From positions 1-56,748 of the forward strand of contig JBHGNT010000188.1 of assembly GCA_043228905.1 (NCBI GenBank): a stretch of DNA of 56,748 bases, read 5' to 3'. Origin of the DNA: Azolla caroliniana. Its lineage: Eukaryota > Plantae > Polypodiophyta. Numbering within the stretch: position 1 is the stretch's first letter; every line of letters starts with the position of its first letter. The translations under genes were made by a program, and so were the position numbers. Shown piece by piece: positions 46,801 to 56,748 of the stretch. The notes beneath the pieces are model-generated. The model did no database searches. It saw only the letters and a program-made list of their open reading frames with translations, and was not told the DNA's origin.

Positions 46801-47780
46801 ATCCCTTTGTTGGATGTTGTTCAACTCTTGGTGGAGTTGAAGCTTTCTCGCGGTTGTGTTGGCGGCGAAAATCTTTCGTAGATTCTCCCACACTTCCTTT
46901 GGCGTCTCGGCTTCTCGAATGTACCCGAGCATGTGGTCGTTGAACACATGTCGCCAAGCAATACATCACTCGGCTTGCCGCTTGCTCCCATGTTGCATAA
47001 TCGGTGTCTTTCAGGTCAGGTCAGTTTTCGTGTGCTCCTTTGATGTAACCCCAATAGCCTTGGCCAACAAGGTATTGGTGCATCTTGTACTCCCAAGATA
47101 CAAAGTTGTTTTGATCTAGCTTCTCGCTAGAGAGAGCGCTCCCCATTTAAGTATTCATTGTCGATGAAGATTTCTTCCTTCTTTTCTTTTCCTTCTCTCT
47201 CGAATACGAGTTATGTAGTCGCACTACAATAGCGATGGACCAGTTCTTCTCGAACGTCAGCGTAGAACACAAGATAAGCGGATGGGCTAGATCAAGCTAC
47301 CAAACCACTCTAATACCATGTAAAGAATCGGGTATGATTCTTGTATAGCGGAAGATATATGTGTTATGTGTATGTGTGAGAGGAAATAGAGCAAAGAAGA
47401 GAAGACACAAGATGGATAGATAGAAGGGAGATAGAATGGAAATAGAATACTCAAGAAGAAGAAGATGTATATTCACAAGGAGAATATGAAATACAAAAAT
47501 GTAGCATTACAAGGAGTCACAACCATCTTAGTATGAAGTATGAGGAGGGTGCTTTATATATAGTCAGCCTCTCTATTCATTAACTAACTACAACAACCAC
47601 TCTCTCTTGGGGAATGTGAAGACTCATAGTCATGGGGAATATGTAACTCACTAGTTATGTGATTCTATGACACATAGTTAATGTGTAGAGAGTAGTGGTG
47701 TGACTCTTGACCTTTGAGTAATCATAGACTCTCAAAAGGTGTGTTCACACGTTGCACTATTTTGAGCTGGATTCTCAACA
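43801..47780 (-). mobile_element. Element F: Ty1/Copia related to E, 3'-truncated in RT
   Basis: 5' LTR 47319-47780 (TGTTGAGAA...TTTACA). Degenerate iMet PBS 47307-47318. Gag from about 47146, knuckle CGYCGKISHHEDEC, protease, integrase, RT up to YVDDL. Confidence 0.9.
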
Positions 47781-47858
47781 GTTCGGTTTGGTTTAGGTTT
47801 CAAAAATTTTAAACGGTTCGGTTTGGACACTCTTGAACCGAACCGAACCGTTGCTGAT
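47781..47858. repeat. AACCG/CGGTT-rich repeat remnant (similar patch at 49814-49877), possibly a DNA transposon/MITE subterminal region
   Basis: Clustered GGTTCGGTT and AACCGAACCG motifs; both patches end AACCGTTGCTGA. Confidence 0.45.
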
Positions 47859-47879
47859 TGTTCTTTATGTAGACAATCC

Positions 47880-49520
47880 ATCTTCGATAGTTAGTTTGGG
47901 CTTTGCCAATGCATCTCAATTACGATCTCAATGCCAATTAGGCAGTCCTTGTCCTCCTTGACTACGAACGTTATGACACAGAGCTCTCACTTGACGTGGG
48001 CGTATCCTCGATGTTGCTCACCAAGCACCTTTGCTCTAAACTTGATGGCGTGTTGACCATCGTCTTCCCCGTCTTGGTTGATGACCCATCCAATCCCAAT
48101 TGAACTCATATCTATCACGTCGTAGATGGACATCCCTTCTTTGTACATGACTTTTGTTAAAGTTGGTGCCATCACCAGCATTCCTTTTAACGTCTTCATT
48201 GCCTCTTTGTGCTCGTCTTCCCATTTTTTAATTTTTGTCCCTTCTTAAGTAGCTCGTACAAAGGCTCAACTATCTACACATAGTGTGGGGTCCAAATATG
48301 GTAGAAGGCAAAGGCACCAAGAAACCGCCTCACTTCTGTCTATGATTTTCATTCTTCCTTCATGTGTATGGTCCCTAAAAGCTTCCTACCATGAGAATCT
48401 CTAATTGACCAAATGTTGTTGACTTGTTGCTCGAGAAAGTTGGACGTGCATCATCTAGTGTCTGCATAACCTTGTCATAGTCGGCGATCTAATCTACCAC
48501 AAAGCGCATGCACCCATCCTCATCCAAAATCTCATTTTTATCCACTTTAGAACACCCCTTGCTCAATGTGCCCTTGTGTAGTGGTTCTCCAAAGATAGTC
48601 TTCTTCAGCCTCCAACACGCCAGTTGCCCCCATGTTCACAATCATGGGCTTCGCCCCTTCTAGCTTGATCGAGTGACACTTCATTTTCATCATGTCAATG
48701 ATGGCATCGTGGAACCTTTTCTTTGCAATCCCTAGGACCTCTCATAGAGTGAACTCTAGGAAGCTATTGAGGATCCTTTCTTCCATTACCCTTTTAAGGT
48801 TAGTTGTTCCCTAAATCTTAGAGCAAAGCTTGAAGGTCAGGCCAATCTTCTCCCTTCCATTCTCATTGCGTCTCAGGAACGGAATCGATCCTCCCTTCTT
48901 CGAGCATCTCGAATGTTGCATCTTTTTGAGGGCCTAGCTCCCTCATCCCTTCCTATCCTCTTTTCTTCAACTCTAGAGCTTTGTAATTCTAGTAGTTGGC
49001 TTCCATTAAGACAATCTTCTCTTCCACTAGATCTCCCCATTCGGTTGCCTTTTGGCTTGGTCTACTTCGACTCCTTTCGAAGCTTCCCCTTTGTGAGGGT
49101 GTCGAGGATGGATGGCCAAAAATCAACTTCTTTGTCATCCTGGTCTCTTGCTTCTTTCTTACTCAGATTCCTACTAATGTCGTGTAGTAGATGGCGCTTA
49201 GACATGATGCACTTCAACCTCTTCAAATTGGCTTTTTCATACCTCCTTGGCCTTGGTTTAGCCCCAATTGTTGCCTTCTTTCCATCGAATGGACTATATT
49301 GCCTACAAAGTAGAGAAAATTTCTCCCTAGAGATTCTTGAAAGTCCTTAAACTCCCTTCTTTGGTTGTCAGGTTTGTTGTGCTACATGCATCTTTGCATG
49401 AATGCCAGTTGTCGATCTTGAGGAGGATGCTCACAATCTCCTTGGGAGAAGAACCATAAGATCTTCCGATGCCTCCTTTGGACTATCCCCCTTTCATATT
49501 TGGGTTAAACATGGTGCACC
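47880..49520 (-). mobile_element. Element L: heavily decayed and deleted Phygy-like Gypsy relic
   Basis: RNase H (IGIGWVINQ, HRGYAHVK), RT end (EVRRFLGAFAFYHIW) and gag pieces homologous to A/B/C. Confidence 0.75.
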
Positions 49521-51055
49521 ACTAAACTTTGCAACTATTCCTCATACCTTATCTTAACTCTAGTTAAGCCATTCAATGGATTGACAAGGGAATCAAGGAG
49601 GAAAAAATGAATGTCATAGAAAAGAATGAATTAATGAGGGTTTGTATTTTCTGAGAGGTGATCTTGTGCGTCCACACACCTAGAGAGTTAAAGACATGAA
49701 GTTGGCAAGAAGAAAGATTATGTTGGGAGACTCCGAGACAAACAACAACTCTAAAGTATATGATATTCTCAAATATTTGAAGTGATTTGAGCTCAAATAT
49801 TTAAAGTGATTTTAAACCGTTAAGTCATTAGCTGCGGTTTCGTGGTTCGGTTCAGTTCAAACCAAACCGTTGCTGACTTTTATGTGTCATCTAGGGAGAA
49901 ATTTTATTTTTAAGGAATAAGATACCTCAATTAGACCAACCAAAGGGCCACCTAGACAATGATGATGCATATTTGAGGATAAACATGTAAGCAAATTTCA
50001 ATGTCGTCAATGACGCTATGGTGTAGTACCTAGAATAACAAAATCGAGATTTGAAAGGGTGTGAAAACAATGGTGCTATTATTTTAAAATATTAAGTTGT
50101 GACAATGGGCAATGTAAAGGTATACTTTTAAGGATATTTTATTTACGTTTCTTGAATATGTGAAAAGATAAAGCCATATCTTTTTTTTTCAGATAAAAAA
50201 GGCATATCATTTTAGGATTTATTCAATCATGTCCAATATGTCCCAACCAATACTGGCCCACATGTTAGGTTTGAATATGACCTCAAGCAAATTATAAGCA
50301 ACCTACTCATCACCACTAAGTTAGTTTACCCACCAATAATTTGCACGTGCAGTTCACTCTATCTTTTAATAGGCTTGTTTGTGTGTGTCATAGCATAAAT
50401 TGTAAATGCAATGTTATGCATTAGAATGTGATCGCTTGTTTATTCGTAAACATTCTTGAGAATTGTTTCTTATTATGAATTAGCATTTAACCATCTTTGC
50501 ATGGATTATTATATTATCATGTTATGTAAATGCTTGGCATTGATGTCTAGTCGATTGATTATTATAAGGTTTTGTAACCTATGGACATGTCTACCATGCA
50601 ATGCCACCATCATCAATGATAGAGCATCTTTCTTTTTTCTTCATCCCAATGCAAACGTCCTGGTGTCAACAACGTCATTTGTCACTTGGATAAGTTAATA
50701 CCTCTATCATGACGTCAACGAAGGAGCCCGAACAATGTGAAAAGCTTATGAATGGGAAGTGTAAATTTTTCAGGTTGTTGGCTATTCCCCACAAAGTTAG
50801 CATTAGCCAAGAAAGTTCCCCGATACCCCCCCTCCCCTACTAGACACGCAAAGTGTCTCTGGTTATTTCCTCATCCAGGGTTTCAATCAAACGAAAGGGT
50901 GGGGGGAACCATGTTGAGGTTCATATATATTGTTGAGTCATGCGCCACGTATATGGTTGATATCATTATGGAATCCACTTCAAACAACTGGCCATAGCAA
51001 AACACACACACACACATATACGCACCTAGAGAGAGTTTTGCAAGACCTCGGATAT

Positions 51056-51081
51056 TTGACCGACACTCTTTGAACGGTCAA
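51056..51081. promoter_or_regulatory. Inverted pair of W-boxes upstream of the MAPKK
   Basis: TTGACC 51056-51061 and GGTCAA 51076-51081; motif match only. Confidence 0.35.
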
Positions 51082-51333
51082 GGGGGGGGGTGATGTGGCC
51101 CAATTCTCAACCATGTATGTATGTATGTCTCTTTGAACCCTCTCTTTCCCAAAGTCCCCCCCGCCCCCTTCTCTTCTATGTTCATATATCTGATCTTTAC
51201 TCTACACCATATCCTAAAAACACTTTCCCAACACGCACACACATAGGGTGATCTTTAGGAGTAACATCTACCTTGAAGAAATATAGGAAACCCTAAATCA
51301 GAGGGAGAGGGGTGTTCCACATACATACAGCTT

Positions 51334-52471
51334 ATGGCCGATCATAGGAGGCAAGGAGGCAACCATCATCCTCATAGCAATGACAATAATACTACCAGGT
51401 CGATCGGTGGGCTACCCCATTTGTCCGGCATAGCCCGGAGACCAGATCATGAACCGAAACCAGAAGACAGGCCTGGCCAATTGAATAAGTTCGAACGCCC
51501 GGCTCCTCTTCCTCTTCCGCCCAATCCAGCGCGCCGGAATGCAACTAACAAATCGACACCTACTTCGGCCCGAAAGATCATAAGCACCATGGCCACTCCT
51601 AATAAATTTGAGGCCCCCGCCACGACCACCACGGCTACCAAATCTCTGATGGTCGAGGAAATTGACCCCGATGACACCATCCCCATCCGGCTCCTCGGCC
51701 ACGGGAGCAGCGGCAAGGTCTACAAGGTCCAGCACAAGCAAACCGGGAAGCTCTACGCCCTCAAGATCATCCAAGAGAAGCAAGAAGCCGCGGTTTGCAA
51801 GCAAATCCTCACCGAGGTCGAGATCCTACGCCGTGCTAACAATCCGTACATCGTCCAATGCTATGGGGCCTACGAGAAAGGCGGGGAGATCTCGTTCGTC
51901 CTTGAGTACATGGACGGCGGCTCTCTAGGAAGCTTGCTCGAATCGAAGACGAAGATCTCGGAGCGCTACTTAGCCGAGATTGCTAAGCAAGTGCTGAAGG
52001 GGCTAGATTACCTCCACCGGAACCGGATCGTGCACCGCGACATCAAGCCATCTAACATATTGTTGGGCCGGAACCAAGAGGTGAAAATCGCTGACTTTGG
52101 CGTGAGCACAGTGCTCGCCAATACGCTCGCCGCGTGCAATACGTTTGTTGGCACATGCGCGTACATGAGCCCAGAGCGATTCGACCCCGATAGCCACGGG
52201 GGAAACTACAACGGGTATGCGGCCGACATTTGGGCCCTAGGGTTGAGCCTCCTCGAGTGCGCGCTCGGACGTTTCCCGTACCTCTCGCCCGGACAAAATG
52301 GCGACTGGCCGACCCTTATGTTTGCCATATGTTACAGCTCGCCCCCCACTCCCCCGGCCGATGCGTCCCCGGAGTTCCAAGATTTCATCATGCAATGCCT
52401 CCAGAAAGACCCAGCCGTACGACCCCGGGCATACACACTCTTAACACATCGGTTCATCACAAAATTCGAAG
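51334..52471 (+). CDS. Mitogen-activated protein kinase kinase (plant group D-like, MKK7/9 type), exon 1; the unspliced ORF would end at 52503
   Basis: LGHGSSGKV Gly loop, YALK, HRDIKPSN, DFG, T-x5-T activation loop (TLAACNT), VGTCAYMSPERFD; basic/Pro-Leu docking-like N-terminal segment. Confidence 0.93.
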
Positions 52472-52644
52472 GTAAGTTTTGTGCAAAACCAACCCCCTCC
52501 TAAAACTCTCTTTTTCACACACACACATAATTCAATAATTCAATAATGTATTGGAACCATGTAATGCTAGTTGAGTTCTACATGGAAGGATTGTCGCATG
52601 TGATTTAACATATCTCATCTTGTTTTGTTGTTCTTTGTCTCCAG

Positions 52645-52766
52645 ATCCCATTGCACCAGTTGTGGCACGTCCTGTTGTCACAAATGCTCCTAAGAAGACA
52701 CGACAACCGACCGGAGGACACTTCTGGGGATCGTTTTCACGAGCCATGGGATCCATATTTACTTAA
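52645..52766 (+). CDS. Probable MAPKK exon 2 (gives a 419-aa protein)
   Basis: Donor AAG|GTAAGT at 52471/52472; 173-bp intron with pyrimidine tract and CAG acceptor at 52644; phase-1 join stays open for 40 codons to TAA. Confidence 0.7.
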
Positions 52767-55700
52767 TTGTTAAAAGTTTTCCTTCCGGGGGCCCCTTCTG
52801 AAATGATGCTCTCATACAAAATTCTCGGGTGAGGCGAGAACCATATATGTTTGGAGTCACCTCTGATGCACTTTGTACAACTATGAGTTTATAGTGATGA
52901 GATGGCGAGAAAAATGTCATGTATAATACTAGTTTTTCCTCAGTCGAAAGGCCTACTCTTTTAGATATGGCTCATTTTTACTTCATCTTTATGCCAATGT
53001 GTCAATTTGAAACATTTGTTAATGGAAAAGATGGAACAACATCATCATCATCATCATCATCGAAATTATGGCTTTGTAAATACACAACATATGATGACAA
53101 TTTACAAAATGATTGTAGATATTCATTTGTGTTGCGCACTCAAAAGAACAATGAATTTATTTATTTATTTTTGGGGTGGAGAGTGGTACTAGTCAATTTT
53201 ATAAACAATAACTTGGGTTGATCTCCCCCAACGATTGCAATACAAGCTCATCAAGCTTTGTGTGCTATGGCATTTTGACTTAACATTGTTGTTTGTAAAT
53301 AGTCTCTAACTTTGTTGGGTCATGTTGCTTATGGCAAATTTTCTGAATTGCTTCAAATGTCAAGCAAATTCTTGGTGAGGTCTGACAAAGGCCGGTGAAA
53401 ACTGAATAAAATTTATATCTAATATTTCCTGTATTCTTATCACATTCATGCTTTGCTCTCGTTCTCTCTCTACAGATTAACATGTACTGGAATCTATTGT
53501 GCTCAAAAAATTGCTGGAAATTTATGCATCTCTCTTTGTGCATTAACCACTTATGTTGTGCACATTAGAATTTCCATGCATTCTCTGAAGATTTGAGTGA
53601 GTAATTCTCATCTATGTCCATTGAATGCTAACATATTATATTTATTCCTTTAAGGACAACCTTTAATTATCCTATCAAAATCCAAAATTGTTACATGTTA
53701 ACAATGGGCATCAATGTGTGACTATAACATCTAGTAAAATAATGGTCAATTATATTTCATGAACATTGACAAATATAAGCTACATATATTTTTCAAGATC
53801 TATTCGATACGATAAAAACATCAATAATAAACATCATGAGTATTGTATTTCCCAATGTTGAAAAGAGAAAGAAATCAAGTAGAAAAGGAGGCCACCTCAA
53901 CTATGGTAAGTTGTAACATGCGTTCAGAGTTTGATTCCACACTTTCGGAATGTTAAGTGGAAAGATGTAACAATTCTCTTTGCTTTTTGTCTTTACTCTA
54001 TGTATATGTTTGTCACTCTATTCCTCAATACATGTGCCATGCTTTATATACAACTTGTTTTATATATATATTAATTTAAAGGATAGAACAAACGGCTCTT
54101 GTGAAAATAGACTGGGTCATTTGTTGTCAGCATAACTAAGGCACTAAGATCCACATCTACATATCAATTTGACAAAGTATTGGTAGCCCTTTCCCTTCAA
54201 TAAAACTTGTGCTATATAGGTTGACCAAACCTTGTTTGTATAAAGAAAACGATGTCTATAATACAACATGACATGGCTTGTCCTTATATAATCATAAAGA
54301 AACTATTTTGGTCCCTTCCAATAGTGGATAATGAAATATCTTGTCCCTTTTTCCTATAAGGAAAGTCTCCAAATTTCCCTCCATTTTCTCTATATTTCTC
54401 TTACTAAGTGCCACATGTATTTCAGCGTTCTTGTTATTAGTGCAAATGCCCTTGCTTGTTTCCTAACTAATTGGTAGCATATTTTTTTGTTAAAAAAATA
54501 ACAAAAATGCCCTTGCTTGTTGGAGATTATAAGCATGTGTGAGACCTCTTATTGAGTGTCCTTATACACAATGCTATAGTAGTAACTAACATCTAGGCTT
54601 AGCATGATCTTACTATTTGTAATGCAATATACATAAATTGTTATATAAATCTTACCTTCCACCTGATGGACACGTTACAAAAATCAAATTTGTGATCCAT
54701 AACTCTGAGAGGGGAAAGTCACATATATATGTACCTTCTGTGGACTGATTTGGTTCTTTGCCATGCAGTCTCAAATGAAGTGATTAGTTGGTTATTTACT
54801 TTTTTCGTTTATATGCTTCATTTTAACTTGAAAGACTATTTTTATTGCTAGTCACACTTCACCAATCATTGTGGACATTGGAGAATTTGACGTTTTGCTC
54901 ACATGTATAGGATTGAAAGCAACAATATTTAAATGCTTCATCGATTGTAGCTTATTGTTCTTTTCTCATGCAAATGACTATGCACTCAAGCCTGGAGCTC
55001 CCTCACATTACTCCTCCTGTGAATTGGAGCTCATACCCCTACATTGATTTCCTACTATTTGCGCATTTGGCATAATCGAAGTTTGAATATGACTATTTCA
55101 CCCATTCTAAGGGAGGGATATTGGTATGTTGTTCCACCCAAGTACCGCAAGGTGGTGGTTTCTAACACTTCCTAGCACTTCTTCCTTGGGTTTTAACATG
55201 AATTTGGATAATGACTCCTGTATCATATGCAATGTTGGGTAGGGTTCTTACAATGGCATACATAAAACATTTGATGATATCGGGTATGGAAACACTTAGC
55301 ATTTGTTCCTACGAAAGTTCGAGTTTAGTTTACATAAATAAAACGCCTGATGATAGAAGAGTATGGGAACACTTCCTAGGAAATGAAGTATAATGTGAGG
55401 CTTTGGTCCATCTGTGCAAATATTCTAGAGAAACTTTGGGATATATTTCCCTAAAATATGCTTCATTTCATCCAAATCCTTCATGTCAAAACTTTAGCTC
55501 TTGTTTAGTTTACAACCTGAATGTCATTGTTAAACTTTCCTATGATCAACTTTTCATCCACATTTACAATGAGGAGGATTAGCTATCATCAAAATACCAT
55601 TTTCCATATGGATAGGGATTCTTGTTTGTAGAGGAGTCTTTCTAAAATTCATGATAGAATCAACATTTTGGTATCACAAAAGACGTGTTTGTTTCAAGCA

Positions 55701-56748
55701 ATAATGGCTTTTCTTTAGCCTACATACCATTCCGTCTTTGCTAATTTGTTAGAATCCATTGGGTGCTCTATATACACTTCCAACTTTAAGTTAATAGGGA
55801 GAAAGGAAGTTTTCACATCTTCTCTAATATCATATCCACTTCGTTTGAATGTCAATATGGTGAAAAGGGATCATTTCATCAAATTTGTCTCCATGTAGTC
55901 ACACCTTCTACTTTGATATATGGTCACACCTCGTACTTTGGAATTGGGCTTCAAATTCGAACTTCTACCTTTATATCCACAAGTACATTTTAAAGCTCTC
56001 TTGTTGTGTAGAAAAGGTAGTAGTTCCCAAGTCTACTTCTTGAGATATAAGCACAACGATAGGATAGGAAAATATGCAATTAAAATGATTGAGAAACTTA
56101 TGATCATGGAAATTAAGTGTTTATATAGCAAGAATATTGTTAGACATAGCCAACACCCACAAATTGTAAGTTTATCCCCACATGTATTCTTAGAGTTTAC
56201 ATTTTGTGATAGCACCCCAAAATGAGTCGCACCTATTGTGCAACCAAGCGATATGCGTCAATGAGGTGTCAATGTGAGAAATCGTAGATGAGTTGGATAG
56301 AATGTATTTAGGAAAATGGAATTGACTAGTTAATTTGACTAGAAGAATATTTATTGCTGGCAAGTTAAGATGTATTTAGTCTTGAAGTGTGTGCTATTGG
56401 CTTTAAAATAAGTACTATCTAACACTAACTAGTATCTAGTGAACTACATCATATAAAAATGACAAATTGGTTGATAAAAGAAATATCCCTGTGACTATCA
56501 ACTAGCTTACACATTTAATGTGACAATAAGACCAAATATAACCATATCCAATCTAAAGCTCTAACATATGCATGTGAAGGAGAACTACAATTGTGAGCTA
56601 CTCCCATATGTAGCGGAAATTTTGTATTGACATATATACATAATTGTGAGTGTGACTCTATGCCTATCCAGTTGATTCTCAATATTTCTAACATGTTTCA
56701 CAATTGAGAGGTTGATCTAGATTAAGACTATACCTATAGTCATTGTCT

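Noticed and set aside
54651-54780. Possible minus-strand micro-exons with GT/AG sites
   Set aside because: The implied intron of about 30 bp is too short and no recognisable protein results; a gene cannot be supported without RNA data.

Overview
Eukaryotic, plant-type genomic window; a bryophyte/moss origin is inferred from the retrotransposon lineages. About 49.5 kb is a nested cluster of at least 11 LTR retrotransposons. These are tRNA-Trp-primed Ty3/Gypsy elements with 4-bp TSDs (A, B, C, remnants K and L), two chromovirus-type Gypsy relics (H, I), four Ty1/Copia elements (D, E, F, J) and one non-coding element (G). One host gene follows, a group D-like MAP kinase kinase (51334-52766), and then AT-rich intergenic DNA. 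TSDs and rejoined reading frames give the nesting order K <- (J, E); E <- (G, D); G <- B; D <- C. The strongest candidate for an undescribed system is element G, a non-autonomous LTR element with no tRNA primer site. Its predicted first 11 transcribed nt are perfectly complementary to the sequence just after the 5' LTR (Tf1-style self-priming), a hairpin spans the start site, and the interior is a tandem array. Other highlights: antisense tRNA-like A/B-box modules in the U3 of four LTR families, a conserved -1 frameshift/pseudoknot signal, a Copia-like U3 module inside a Gypsy LTR, heat-shock elements in one LTR, and a probable second exon of the MAPKK. Everything was read by eye; no database searches were run.
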